Shown here: positions 17,968 through 27,376 of the stretch, in pieces
How positions within the stretch are numbered: the first letter of the stretch is position 1
Layout of the letters: each line of letters starts with the position of its first letter
Assembly (NCBI GenBank): GCA_007376295.1
Contig: VMGB01000001.1
Location: 413,969-477,968 of the forward strand
Direction of reading: 5' to 3'
Source: Parcubacteria group bacterium Gr01-1014_13
GTDB taxonomy: Bacteria > Patescibacteriota > Patescibacteriia > Magasanikbacterales > GWA2-37-8
Length of the DNA stretch: 64,000 bases
Notes under the pieces: generated by a model
What the model was told of the DNA's origin: nothing
Seen by the model: the letters and a program-made list of their open reading frames with translations, nothing else
The model's database searches: none
Position numbers and translations under genes: made by a program

Positions 17968-19073
17968 AAAATTTCAAATTTACTTACAATCGCTTCCAAT
18001 TCTGCTTTTGCCTCTGGCAAACCAATCCTGTTTTCTGGATCTGGTTCTATCATTTTTTTGGATAAATCTTCAAGTTTTTTAGCGGCTTTTGAATCTGAGA
18101 TTTCAAAAGCTGGATTATCTTCGTATAGTTTTAAAATCTCTTGTAGGCAAACCCCAAACTGGTAAACCATCTCCCCGGCTTTTATCACACCCTCTTCATT
18201 TAATAAGTCCTTAAGCGGCGGCCTATACCCTTTGGAATATAACCTGTCTCCTTTTTGCGTACCTTCTTTTACTAACCCTTCCAAATCAAAAAGCACGCCT
18301 TTAGCAGATTTTTCTTCCATAACTAGACCAAGATTGTCTAACTTGATATCCTGCAAAACCAGGCCGTTTTCTGCCAAATATACTCCCCCAACCAAACAAT
18401 CTTTTAAAATCTTTAAGCTGATCAAAAAATCCTTCCTACTTCTATCAGAAAAACCTAGAAACTCTTTTAAACTATGCATTTTTAGTTTTTCATAAATGGT
18501 TCGCTGGTTAGTCGGATCATAATCTTTTATACTGACAACGTTGGGGTGTGGAGGTAATTTATTTAACACAGCAAAAGCTTCCGGCATTTCACGAGCATGC
18601 TCTTCCCCTAAATGTCCTTGATTTTTATATATTTTTTCTCTGCCGCTATCTGTATCAATCAACTGATTAATAATATTTTCGCGGCCAGAACTTGGACTTG
18701 CTTTTACTTTTTTAATATTTTTGATAACAAGGTAAATTTTTTCATCAATTTTTCCTTTCAACTGCTCAATCAATGCTTGTCGCACTCTCTTGATTACACC
18801 TTCAGCTTCGTCAAAATCTAAATTACCCTTAAATATTTCTTTTTTCACTTCCGCTTCGTTTAATATTTTAGTATCACTTAACGCATCAATAACAAAAGCT
18901 TTTTTTTCACTGCTATTTTTTAATAACTTAAGCTCGTCGATTATATAATCGGCATACTTTTTAACGTCAGCCTGACTAATCACATCGCTACTTACCATCT
19001 TCTTCTCAAGATCATGATCAGGCATGTCTTTAATACTTCCCATGTCTGGAGAAAATGTTTCTATGCGGTGCAT
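17952..19073 (-). CDS. hypothetical protein with degenerate protein-kinase-like C-terminal domain
   Basis: 373 aa; LVLQDIKLDNLGL resembles the kinase catalytic loop (HRDxKxxN) and VLFDLEGL resembles the DFG region; the N-terminal half is a charged coiled coil. The assignment is weak. Confidence 0.3.
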   Translation of the reverse strand: MHRIETFSPDMGSIKDMPDHDLEKKMVSSDVISQADVKKYADYIIDELKLLKNSSEKKAFVIDALSDTKILNEAEVKKEIFKGNLDFDEAEGVIKRVRQALIEQLKGKIDEKIYLVIKNIKKVKASPSSGRENIINQLIDTDSGREKIYKNQGHLGEEHAREMPEAFAVLNKLPPHPNVVSIKDYDPTNQRTIYEKLKMHSLKEFLGFSDRSRKDFLISLKILKDCLVGGVYLAENGLVLQDIKLDNLGLVMEEKSAKGVLFDLEGLVKEGTQKGDRLYSKGYRPPLKDLLNEEGVIKAGEMVYQFGVCLQEILKLYEDNPAFEISDSKAAKKLEDLSKKMIEPDPENRIGLPEAKAELEAIVSKFEIFWRKL

Positions 19074-19080
19074 AACAATT

Positions 19081-20370
19081 TTAATAATCTTTCAACTTTC
19101 CAATAATACCCATACGTTGAATTTTTTCCAAAGCTTTGGCTTCGATTTGGCGAATACGTTCGCGGGTAACATCAAATTCTTGCCCTACTTCTTCCAAGGT
19201 ATGAGTAACACCATCAGTAAGACCAAATCTCATTTCCAAAATTTTCTGTTCGCGCGGAGAAAGGTCTTTGATAGCTTCTTTTACATAATCACGCAAAATC
19301 TGGAGTCCTGCCACTCTATCTGGCGGCATGTTTTTTACATCTTCCACAAAATCTTGCAACGAAGAATCATCGTCATCATCGCCGACTGACATTTCGAGCG
19401 ATACAGTGTCTTGAGAAATTTTTATAATATGATTTACCTTGGCAACATCTTCACCCATTTCGGCAGCCAACTCTTCTGGCGTAGGATCTCGTCCCAAATC
19501 TTGGAGCAATCTTCTTTGTACTTGTTGGAAACGATTAATAGTTTCCACCATGTGAACTGGAATACGAATAGTACGGGATTGGTCAGCCAAAGCGCGGGTG
19601 ATGGCTTGGCGTATCCACCAGGTGGCATAAGTAGAAAATTTAAAACCACGGCGATAATCAAACTTTTTTACCGCTCTAAACAAACCGATGTTGCCCTCTT
19701 GAATTAAATCCAACAACGAAAGTGATTTGCCCACGAATTTTTTGGCTATAGATACCACCAATCTTAAATTAGCTTCGATCAATCTTCTATCCGCTTCTTT
19801 ATCTCCTCGTTCTTTGCGTTTAGCCAAAGAAATTTCTTCTTCGGCTTTTAGAAGCGGGATTCTGCCGATTTCTCGAAGGTACATCTGAATAGGATCAGAA
19901 GAAATCTGTCCTAAGTCAAATGGGATATCCATATCTGGTTGTTTACCTTGAAAACCCTTTAATGTTTGGGAATGTTCCTCCCTTCGGCCAAGCAAATTAC
20001 CGGCTGTTTCCACAATAGAAACGCCGTTTTTATCTAATAAATCCATAAATCCCTCGTAAAGATCCAGACAACGCTCTGGCCGAGGGAAAACACCTTCAAC
20101 TTCAATTTGAGTAATAAATCCGCGGTTGCGGCCTTTGGCTATTAGGGCCCAGATATCTTTGAGGCTTGGTTCCGGAACTACTTCTTCTGCGGGAAATTTT
20201 TTAACTTTCTTATATTTTTTGTTTGGTTTAAAAGATTTTTTTCCTGAAAATTGTTTTTTAATTTTTTTAACACGTTTTTTCTTGACGATTTTATCCCTTT
20301 TTTGCTTACGCGTATGTTTAACGCGCAATGGCTTAGGATGCTTTTTAGTTGTCCCTCTTTTTTTTACCAT
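19081..20370 (-). CDS. rpoD: RNA polymerase sigma factor RpoD (sigma-70) with lysine-rich N-terminal extension
   Basis: 429 aa; regions 1.2 through 4 are recognisable ([13 protein letters not shown], 4.2 HTH ...[23 protein letters not shown]); classic position next to dnaG. Confidence 0.9.
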   Translation of the reverse strand: MVKKRGTTKKHPKPLRVKHTRKQKRDKIVKKKRVKKIKKQFSGKKSFKPNKKYKKVKKFPAEEVVPEPSLKDIWALIAKGRNRGFITQIEVEGVFPRPERCLDLYEGFMDLLDKNGVSIVETAGNLLGRREEHSQTLKGFQGKQPDMDIPFDLGQISSDPIQMYLREIGRIPLLKAEEEISLAKRKERGDKEADRRLIEANLRLVVSIAKKFVGKSLSLLDLIQEGNIGLFRAVKKFDYRRGFKFSTYATWWIRQAITRALADQSRTIRIPVHMVETINRFQQVQRRLLQDLGRDPTPEELAAEMGEDVAKVNHIIKISQDTVSLEMSVGDDDDDSSLQDFVEDVKNMPPDRVAGLQILRDYVKEAIKDLSPREQKILEMRFGLTDGVTHTLEEVGQEFDVTRERIRQIEAKALEKIQRMGIIGKLKDY

Positions 20371-20401
20371 AAGGGATTAATTAACAACGAATAAATTTAT
20401 T

Positions 20402-22171
20402 TTAATCTAATTCCATTATCTGCTTTAAAATTTGCTGTAGCAATTCTGTATTTTTGTTTTTTTCCGCTTCTTTTAGCGCGCTAGTTAATTCCGCGCGTTT
20501 ATCATTCTGCCATTGCGACTTTATACGCGCCACCAAAATATCTATTTCTTTTTTTGCTTTTGCCAAATCAAAGTCGCTATACTCTTTGTCTGCTTTTAGG
20601 ACTAAAATATCAATGGAGTTTTGCTGCTCCTTTTCAAGCGCCTCTTTTTGGTCTATAGAACCATTGTACTGCCTTTTTAATGATTCGTAAAGGCTTGCCA
20701 TCGAAGCTGGGGGGAAGAACGCCTGACTTGAACTCATATCATATTCCCCGAACAATTTGGGGAATTTTATAAATAAAGCAAAAATATTCTCGGCCAATAA
20801 GCGTGATTGGCTCTGTTGACCCCAGTTTTCATCCTTAGCTTTCTCTTGGGGAACGTTCTCTGCCTTGCCTTCATAATGCTTTGGTTTGGCCGAAGCAAGC
20901 CGGCGCATTTCGGCTGTTAAAGTAGCGTGATCAACACTTAATTCATCAGCCAATTTTTTTAACCAATGATCCCGCTCTACCGCATAAGGCAGACGGATTA
21001 TTTCCGCAAGCAGGGTATCAGCAATTTTTTGCTTTTGTTTTGGATCATGCTTATCCGCTCCCAGTAGCACGCTGGCAAAATACCATTCCATCACTTCTTT
21101 GGCATTTTCTACGGCTTTAAACCAAACTGCTGAATTCTTTTTCAAACATTCATCGGCGTCTTTACCAGCACCGGCCGGAATTTGAATAATTTTTATATTC
21201 ATCCCCTGCTCCAGCGCCAAATCTATACCGCGCTTAGCCGCATTTTGACCGGCCGCATCAGCGTCAAAAGCAATGGCGATATTATTGGAATATCTTTTTA
21301 ATAATTTTATCTGTTCAAATGTTAGGGCTGTACCCGAAGATGCCACGACATTTTTCATACCGGCCTGATGACAAGCAATCACATCCATCTGCCCTTCTAC
21401 CAACACCGTAAAATCTTTATTTTTAATTTCCGTTTTAGCTTTGTTTAATCCGTATAAAATCCGCGACTTATCAAACACCAAAGTTTGCGGGGTGTTTATA
21501 TATTTACCGCCAGACTTTTCTGTTTCAACCAGTACCCGGCCGGTAAAACCAACATTATTGCCATGCGCATCCCAAATCGGAAACATAATACGCCCGCGAA
21601 AACGATCGTAGACTCCTCCACCATCTTTTTTTATCGTCAACCCAGAAGCCAGTAGATCATCTACATTGTTTCCTTTTTTTAATAAATACTGAGTGAGTAG
21701 ATCCCACTGTTCGGGAATAAAACCAACTTTCCATTCTTCAATTGTTTCTGGTTTTAACTGCCGGCGTGATAAATAATCTCTGGCGCCACCGCTAGCAGGC
21801 ATCTCCAACAGAAACTGATGAAAAAAATATGCGGCTTTGGCATTTATTTCTAAAATTCTATTTTTCTGACTTTTGTTTATGTCGCTGACAAACGTATCTA
21901 ATTTTACTCCGGCTCTGTCTGCCAAAATTTTTAACGCCTCGGAAAATTCTAAACCTTCCATTTCCTGTAAAAAAGAAAAAACATCTCCGCCTTTACTGCA
22001 ACCAAAACAATGCCAGAATTGCTTTTCTGGATGAACCATAAATGAAGGAGATTTTTCATTATGGAATGGACAGTTGGCTTTCCAGTTAGCACCAGCTTTT
22101 TTCAGCGGAATATATTCGCCGATTATCTGCACAATATCCAATCTGTCTTTGATGGCTTGAGTGTCGGTCAT
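20402..22171 (-). CDS. dnaG: DNA primase
   Basis: 589 aa; N-terminal zinc ribbon CPFHNEKSPSFMV...CFGC and a TOPRIM domain (EGQMDVIA, DADAAG). Confidence 0.9.
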   Translation of the reverse strand: MTDTQAIKDRLDIVQIIGEYIPLKKAGANWKANCPFHNEKSPSFMVHPEKQFWHCFGCSKGGDVFSFLQEMEGLEFSEALKILADRAGVKLDTFVSDINKSQKNRILEINAKAAYFFHQFLLEMPASGGARDYLSRRQLKPETIEEWKVGFIPEQWDLLTQYLLKKGNNVDDLLASGLTIKKDGGGVYDRFRGRIMFPIWDAHGNNVGFTGRVLVETEKSGGKYINTPQTLVFDKSRILYGLNKAKTEIKNKDFTVLVEGQMDVIACHQAGMKNVVASSGTALTFEQIKLLKRYSNNIAIAFDADAAGQNAAKRGIDLALEQGMNIKIIQIPAGAGKDADECLKKNSAVWFKAVENAKEVMEWYFASVLLGADKHDPKQKQKIADTLLAEIIRLPYAVERDHWLKKLADELSVDHATLTAEMRRLASAKPKHYEGKAENVPQEKAKDENWGQQSQSRLLAENIFALFIKFPKLFGEYDMSSSQAFFPPASMASLYESLKRQYNGSIDQKEALEKEQQNSIDILVLKADKEYSDFDLAKAKKEIDILVARIKSQWQNDKRAELTSALKEAEKNKNTELLQQILKQIMELD

Positions 22172-22271
22172 ATGTCGTTACTTTATCACAGTAGAAGCAA
22201 AACCAGCAAGCTACTAAGCATTGACAAAATGACTAAAAAAACATAAAATTCTCCTCAAAAGGAGAAAACAA

Positions 22272-22580
22272 ATGTTTACATTGAATTTGGATCTTGATAA
22301 AGTTAGGGAGTTCTACGAACCACACCCTGGTCATAACGAGAATGAGAAGATGAACTTTACCTTTCCAGCCGAAGTTAAGCAAGTGGCTGATGAACTGGCT
22401 GGTTGTAAGATGTCGGTTCGACAAGCCGTTTTAGCCTTCGAGGCTGCTATCATCAAAGGAAAGGTTAGAGGCCGCATATCTTTCGATAAAGATGAAGGAG
22501 AAAAATATATTACCTTAGAAGTTTTTTGCGCTGGCCGTTTCGATGTTAGTCATAAATTCAAGGTAATCAAGTGGCGCTAA
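22272..22580 (+). CDS. hypothetical protein
   Basis: 102 aa ORF preceded by aaaaGGAGaaaacaaATG (a good RBS); no recognisable motif. Confidence 0.4.
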   Translation: MFTLNLDLDKVREFYEPHPGHNENEKMNFTFPAEVKQVADELAGCKMSVRQAVLAFEAAIIKGKVRGRISFDKDEGEKYITLEVFCAGRFDVSHKFKVIKWR

Positions 22581-22628
22581 CTTGTATTTGACAACCTGAT
22601 TGATGACCGATATAGTTTAAGTATGCTC

Positions 22629-22759
22629 GGAGCTGTAGTTTAATGGCAAAACTCTAGACAAGCCGACGCTCGTTCGCTCGGAATTCTCCGGGCGTATGGC
22701 TGGTGTACCACATCGTCGGGACTAGCTAGAACGCTCTGTTCAAACCGGAGCCAGCTCCA
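22629..22759 (+). tRNA. tRNA-like gene with ~55-nt insertion between D-arm and T-arm (intron-containing tRNA, or pseudo/tRNA-like element)
   Basis: Acceptor stem GGAGCUG pairs with CAGCUCC, followed by discriminator A; U8-A9 is canonical. The D-arm GUUU-AAUGGCA-AAAC includes G18G19 and the T-arm is CUCUG-UUCAAAC-CGGAG. However, ~80 nt lie between the D-arm and T-arm where ~25 nt are expected, and the 3' end GCCAGCUCCA resembles a tRNA-Ala or tmRNA acceptor. Confidence 0.4.
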
Positions 22760-22793
22760 CTTTTTCTTCCTTAAGTTCTTTAAAATATTTTAT

Positions 22794-22867
22794 TGGGCGG
22801 TAGCTCAACCTAGAAAGAGTGCCTCGCTAACACCGAGGAAGTAGAGGTTCAATTCCTTTCCGCTCAA
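22794..22867 (+). tRNA. tRNA-like, anticodon AAC (Val) with atypical D-loop
   Basis: Cloverleaf reads TGGGCGG TA GCTC AACCTAGAAA GAGT G CCTCG CTAACAC CGAGG AAGT AGAGG TTCAATT CCTTT CCGCTCA A. It has a T1-A72 pair, a D-loop lacking G18G19 and an A34 anticodon; all three are unusual for bacteria. Confidence 0.35.
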
Positions 22868-22915
22868 CCCCACTTAGCCGGCGTGTTTCATTAAAGAAAC
22901 CACCGGCTTTTTTAT

Positions 22916-24388
22916 TTATTTTTTCTCCCAATCCTGCACATCTTTTAAGTATTTGTCTTTTATTTCATCAAAGTATTTCTTAGCCGCTTCGTATTCATTA
23001 GGAATTATCCCGTCCAAAATCGCTTCTTCTATCGCCTCTTTTATCTTTCCCACAGTTGGACCCGGTTTCAATTTTGCCAGTTCCATAATCTCATCACCTC
23101 GTAATGGCGATTGAAACGCGCGTAATTTGTCTCTTTCCAAAACTTCGGCAATCTTTTTTTCCAGATTGTCGTAATTTTTTAATCTTTTTTCTTTTTTGGC
23201 TGGATTGCCGGTGGTAATATCACTGCGGCCCAAAATTAAAAGGTCGTTTAATTCATCACCCAGACTGACAACCAATCGCCGTACGGCCGAATCGCTGATG
23301 CCTTCATCCATTAGGCTGATAGGTTGCATATGCCAACGAACGAGTTTAGCTAAATAGTCGGTATCGCTTTTGGAAAAACGCAAACGACGGCTAATTTGAT
23401 AAACCATTTTTTTACCTACATGTTCATGCTGATGAAATGTCCAACCGACTTTTGGTATGAATTTCTTGGTATTAGGTTTACCAATATCATGAAAAAGACC
23501 AGCCAAACGAAGTAGTGTTTTGTCCGAAAACTCCGAAACGTTATCTACCACCTTAAATGTATGCGCCAGATTATCTTTGTGCTGATGACCATAAACATCC
23601 TCTACACCTTCCAATTTAGCTACTTCCGGCAATACAAAATCAAGTATGTGTGTCTGCCACATTAAAGTAAGACCAATGGATGGTTTGGGACAAGACATTA
23701 ATTTAAAAAGTTCTTCCTGAATTCTTTCAGCGGAAACAATTTTTAAACGCTCGCGGTTTTTGTGAATTGATTCCAAAGTTTTGGGATCAATAGAAAAATC
23801 CAACTGACTAGCAAAACGCACTGCTCGCATCATGCGCAACGGATCATCACTAAAAGTCTGGTCCGGATCCAGAGGCGTACGCAAAGTTTTGCTGGCCAAA
23901 TCTTTTCTGCCTTTAAATGGATCGATTAAATTCTTTTTTAATTTAGCTTCAGTTAATTTTTTACCATCTGCAAAAACAGCCGCGGGGACAGCCATACAAT
24001 TAACGGTAAAATCACGCCGTGCCAAATCTTCTTCGAGCGTCGTATGTTCTACTACCGGTTTACGAGAGTTAGGTTTGTATTTTTCTGTGCGCGCACCGGC
24101 AAATTCAAACATCAATTGATCATCTTCGGTTCCTAATATATACCGGGCGGTATCAAAATCCGGAAATTCGATTAAACTACCTGCCTTATCTACCGACTCG
24201 TCAAATTTTTTGGCAAATTCCAAACCACTGCCAACGACTACAAAATCAATATCTTTCTTTTGTTCCCGGCCCAACAAAAAATCACGCACAAAACCACCCA
24301 CGACATATATCGGTGTCTTGGAATCTTCGGAAACAGAATTAATTTTCTTTAGCACATCTAGCAATTGCATACTTTTTTCTCTCTTCAC
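22916..24388 (-). CDS. cca: CCA tRNA nucleotidyltransferase / poly(A) polymerase family protein with HD domain
   Basis: 490 aa; N-terminal class-II nucleotidyltransferase head (VVGGFVRDFLLG...DIDFVV) and a C-terminal HD motif (FHDIGK). Confidence 0.8.
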   Translation of the reverse strand: MKREKSMQLLDVLKKINSVSEDSKTPIYVVGGFVRDFLLGREQKKDIDFVVVGSGLEFAKKFDESVDKAGSLIEFPDFDTARYILGTEDDQLMFEFAGARTEKYKPNSRKPVVEHTTLEEDLARRDFTVNCMAVPAAVFADGKKLTEAKLKKNLIDPFKGRKDLASKTLRTPLDPDQTFSDDPLRMMRAVRFASQLDFSIDPKTLESIHKNRERLKIVSAERIQEELFKLMSCPKPSIGLTLMWQTHILDFVLPEVAKLEGVEDVYGHQHKDNLAHTFKVVDNVSEFSDKTLLRLAGLFHDIGKPNTKKFIPKVGWTFHQHEHVGKKMVYQISRRLRFSKSDTDYLAKLVRWHMQPISLMDEGISDSAVRRLVVSLGDELNDLLILGRSDITTGNPAKKEKRLKNYDNLEKKIAEVLERDKLRAFQSPLRGDEIMELAKLKPGPTVGKIKEAIEEAILDGIIPNEYEAAKKYFDEIKDKYLKDVQDWEKK

Positions 24389-24408
24389 TCCCTAGACCTT
24401 GCTTACTA

Positions 24409-25443
24409 TTATATTTTTTTGTTCATCCCCACTCTATTAGCCGCTACTTCTTCGGTAATTAAGCCCTCTTTTAATAATTTTTTAACAGAATTTTCCATGG
24501 TAGACATGCCTTCCTTTACTCCAGTTTGAATAGTTGATTTTATCTGGCCAATTTCGTTGTTTCTTACCAAGTTTGCGACAGCCGGCGTGTTAATCAAAAT
24601 TTCGCGCGCTGGCACTCGGCCACCATCTTTGGATGGTATTAACTGCTGAGCAACCACGCCGCGGAGCACGGATGATAATTGGATAAGGATTTGCTTTTGT
24701 TTTGAACCTTCAAATACATCCACAATACGTTCTACGGCCTCAGCTGCGCTAGGAGTGTGCAAAGTGGAAAATACCAAGTGGCCGGTTTCGGCCGCAGTAA
24801 GCACGGTGGCTATAGTCTCCGGGTCGCGCATTTCTCCCACCAAGATAACATTAGGGTCTTGGCGCAAAACGTGTTTTAGAGCGTTAGCAAAGGATTTTGT
24901 GTCTACCCCAATTTCACGCTGTTCAATTAAGCTTTTTTTATCTTCATATGCAAACTCTATCGGATCCTCTATGGTAATAATATGCGCTTTTCTGGTTTTA
25001 TTTATTTCTTCGATCATAGAGGCGATGGTCGTAGTCTTACCGCAACCAGTGGGCCCAGTAACTAAGACTAAACCATCTAACAAATTGGTCATCTCTAGTA
25101 GTGCTGGTTCAAAACGCAAATCTTCCGGAGTAGGAATTTCGGTAGGAATAACGCGGGCGCTTAAACCAATATTTTCCGACTGCTGATGTAAATTTACGCG
25201 AAAACGAGTGTCATCCAGTTGAAAACCAAAATCCAATTCTTTTTCTTCGGCGTATTTAGCTTGCTGTTCTTTGGTCAGCAACTCATTAATTCCAGCCTCT
25301 AAATCTTTATTACTCAAAGGTTTTTCATCCAATTCCTTTAATTCACCTTCTATTCGGAGCATTGGCAATTCACCGCCAACCAAATGCAGATCCGAAGCTT
25401 CTTGTTTGATTGCGTCTTTAAAATATGATTTTAGCTCGAGCAT
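24409..25443 (-). CDS. pilT: type IV pilus retraction ATPase (PilT/PilU family)
   Basis: 344 aa; Walker A GPTGCGKTTT, Walker B/Asp box VILVGEMRD, and the His box FSTLHT. Confidence 0.8.
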   Translation of the reverse strand: MLELKSYFKDAIKQEASDLHLVGGELPMLRIEGELKELDEKPLSNKDLEAGINELLTKEQQAKYAEEKELDFGFQLDDTRFRVNLHQQSENIGLSARVIPTEIPTPEDLRFEPALLEMTNLLDGLVLVTGPTGCGKTTTIASMIEEINKTRKAHIITIEDPIEFAYEDKKSLIEQREIGVDTKSFANALKHVLRQDPNVILVGEMRDPETIATVLTAAETGHLVFSTLHTPSAAEAVERIVDVFEGSKQKQILIQLSSVLRGVVAQQLIPSKDGGRVPAREILINTPAVANLVRNNEIGQIKSTIQTGVKEGMSTMENSVKKLLKEGLITEEVAANRVGMNKKI

Positions 25444-25540
25444 ACGATAATATAAATGATTAATGTTTAAATTGTATCACAGGCCCTTACTCTTGAAAAG
25501 CCCATTATGCCGTGCTAATCTACGGTAGAAGGAGATCGTC

Positions 25541-25747
25541 ATGACGGAAAAAAGTAACGATCCAAAAACAAGCAACGATCATAATCGTACTCCCAATCTC
25601 ATTTGGAGTTATGGGGGCGGCATGATCAGCGGAGGGCTGTTGGGTCTGTTTGGCGGTGTAAGTATTGGCGCCGCTATCGGCGCCAGCATTGCTTTTATTC
25701 TTGTATGGCTAACTCACCCACCCAAGGATAAACCCGATGCCAAATAA
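25541..25747 (+). CDS. small membrane protein, hypothetical
   Basis: 68 aa; Gly-rich TM segment GGGMISGGLLGLFGGVSIGAAIGASIAFILVWL; RBS GGAGAtcgtcATG. Confidence 0.4.
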   Translation: MTEKSNDPKTSNDHNRTPNLIWSYGGGMISGGLLGLFGGVSIGAAIGASIAFILVWLTHPPKDKPDAK

Positions 25748-26027
25748 CCATTGTGATGCGTGGTGGGACTTGATTTTTGACAATAACAATCGCGGCAAGA
25801 TTTACGACCAATTTAACCGCGAACGAGCGGAGTTAATCGAGCATTTGGAGCATTGCGATATTTGCAAAAATGTAATTGGACAGATAGAGCCACTGTCAAC
25901 GTTCATGGATATTGACGAGCTGGCATCTTTAACTCCTGAGGAGTTCGCCATCCTGATACGAGAACTCTACAGCAATGCTCGAGGACTGGTGTTCGAGGAT
26001 GACGCTGTCAATATGGATCATGATTAG
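25737..26027 (+). CDS. small zinc-finger protein with ZAS-like C-x31-H-x3-C-x2-C motif (paralog A)
   Basis: 96 aa; Cys6 ... HLEHCDICKN. The start overlaps the preceding small gene by 11 nt. Confidence 0.45.
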   Translation: MPNNHCDAWWDLIFDNNNRGKIYDQFNRERAELIEHLEHCDICKNVIGQIEPLSTFMDIDELASLTPEEFAILIRELYSNARGLVFEDDAVNMDHD

Positions 26028-26052
26028 ACACCGACTTTAAAGGAGTAGCGCC

Positions 26053-26304
26053 ATGACAAAAACACCTTGCGAGTTGTGGTTTGACTTATTCTGCGGCGAT
26101 TCACGATACACCAGCAAATTGTTCAATGACTTCTTGACCTACAGGTCTACGCTTACCAGACACCTTAAGCGTTGTGAAAAATGTAGGAACATATTCATAC
26201 AATTTAACGTAAGGGCCAGCATTATCCCAAATAGTAATATGAATGACCAAGAATTTTCCAAAGCCATTCGAGAGATTTGGAAGTTTGCTCGGAAGAAAAA
26301 ATAA
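26053..26304 (+). CDS. small zinc-finger protein with ZAS-like C-x31-H-x3-C-x2-C motif (paralog B)
   Basis: 83 aa; Cys6 ... HLKRCEKCRN. Shares CxxWxDL...F...L..HL..C..C.N with paralog A; RBS AAGGAGtagcgccATG. Confidence 0.45.
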   Translation: MTKTPCELWFDLFCGDSRYTSKLFNDFLTYRSTLTRHLKRCEKCRNIFIQFNVRASIIPNSNMNDQEFSKAIREIWKFARKKK

Positions 26305-26358
26305 CGCTCATTTTTTACTCAGGAGAGAAAGCTTACCCTTTCTCTCTTCTACATTAAT

Positions 26359-26793
26359 ATGCTACTTACAACAAACTCACAATCAGAAACCGAGCGATTC
26401 GGAAAAAAACTTTCCGCCAAACTACGTGGTGGAGATATTTTGTTGTTATCAGGAGATTTAGGCGCAGGTAAAACTTCTCTCGTAAAAGGCTTGGCTAAAA
26501 GTTTAGGGATTAAGCATGAAATCACCAGCCCCACCTTCACTCTGATGAATACATACAAAGTCCAAGGTTCAAAGTCCAAAGTCAAAAATCTGGTCCATAT
26601 TGATACCTACCGACTTAAAGACGAAAAAGAATTGCTGGAAATTGGTGTGGAAGATTATTTAGGAAAACCGGATACGATTTGCGTAATAGAATGGCCGGAG
26701 AAAATTTCTGGCTTGTTAAAAAACAAAAAAACAACTTCAATTTCTTTTGAGCACGGTAATAAACCTGAGGAAAGAAAAATTTTAATCTCTTAA
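26359..26793 (+). CDS. tsaE: tRNA threonylcarbamoyladenosine biosynthesis ATPase TsaE (YjeE)
   Basis: 144 aa; P-loop GDLGAGKTSL, SPTFTLMNTY and the H(I/V)DxYRL motif. Confidence 0.8.
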   Translation: MLLTTNSQSETERFGKKLSAKLRGGDILLLSGDLGAGKTSLVKGLAKSLGIKHEITSPTFTLMNTYKVQGSKSKVKNLVHIDTYRLKDEKELLEIGVEDYLGKPDTICVIEWPEKISGLLKNKKTTSISFEHGNKPEERKILIS

Positions 26794-27272
26794 TTTATCA
26801 AAGCGCGTAGCTTTGGATATCTGGAAAAAATAGGTAAATTTACGAGCCATTTCTCTACACCCCAGATGTGCCCGGCGCGGCAAGTGGCCAACAACAGAAG
26901 GCCGGATATATAAATTATATGTTGGTTTACCAAATAACTATTGGTACCGACCATAGGAAAATTTAAAAGAGGAAGGTAAAGCAAAAACATCAACAACATT
27001 CCCAGATAGGAGCTAATCCGCACGAATAAACCGAGCAATAGAGATACTCCCAGCAATGTCATCCCCCACTTCACCATAAAATCTACGACCGGCAAAACCT
27101 GAGGATTTGAAAACCACTGGAATAAATAAACGAAACTTTTTGCTTCCCCAATATATTTGGCAGAAGAAAATGTTGTGTCCAAAATATGGCTGATGCCGGC
27201 ATAAAGATACATCCAACCCATTGTGATACGCAATATAAACAAAGAAACTCTTTGTGGTTTTGACATTGACAT
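26790..27272 (-). CDS. DoxX-family membrane protein
   Basis: 160 aa, 4 TM helices; N-terminal LRIxMGWMYLYAG resembles the DoxX signature. Confidence 0.4.
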   Translation of the reverse strand: MSMSKPQRVSLFILRITMGWMYLYAGISHILDTTFSSAKYIGEAKSFVYLFQWFSNPQVLPVVDFMVKWGMTLLGVSLLLGLFVRISSYLGMLLMFLLYLPLLNFPMVGTNSYLVNQHIIYISGLLLLATCRAGHIWGVEKWLVNLPIFSRYPKLRALIN

Positions 27273-27376
27273 ACTTTTTAAATTTAAAATTAAACCTATT
27301 TAATTATAGCATTTTTTCTCTTTTAAAAAAAGAGCGGTTTTGTGACTTGCTCAGGTCGTATTAACTAATTCACTAC

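Noticed and set aside
22629-22759. tmRNA (ssrA) hypothesis for the long tRNA-like element, prompted by the tRNA-Ala/tmRNA-like 3' end GCCAGCUCCA and the 5' GGAGCUG
   Set aside because: It is only ~131 nt where bacterial tmRNA is ~300-400 nt. No tag-peptide reading frame ending in ...AA-stop appears in any frame of the insert, and no pseudoknot series is apparent. An intron-containing or degenerate tRNA-like element is more parsimonious.
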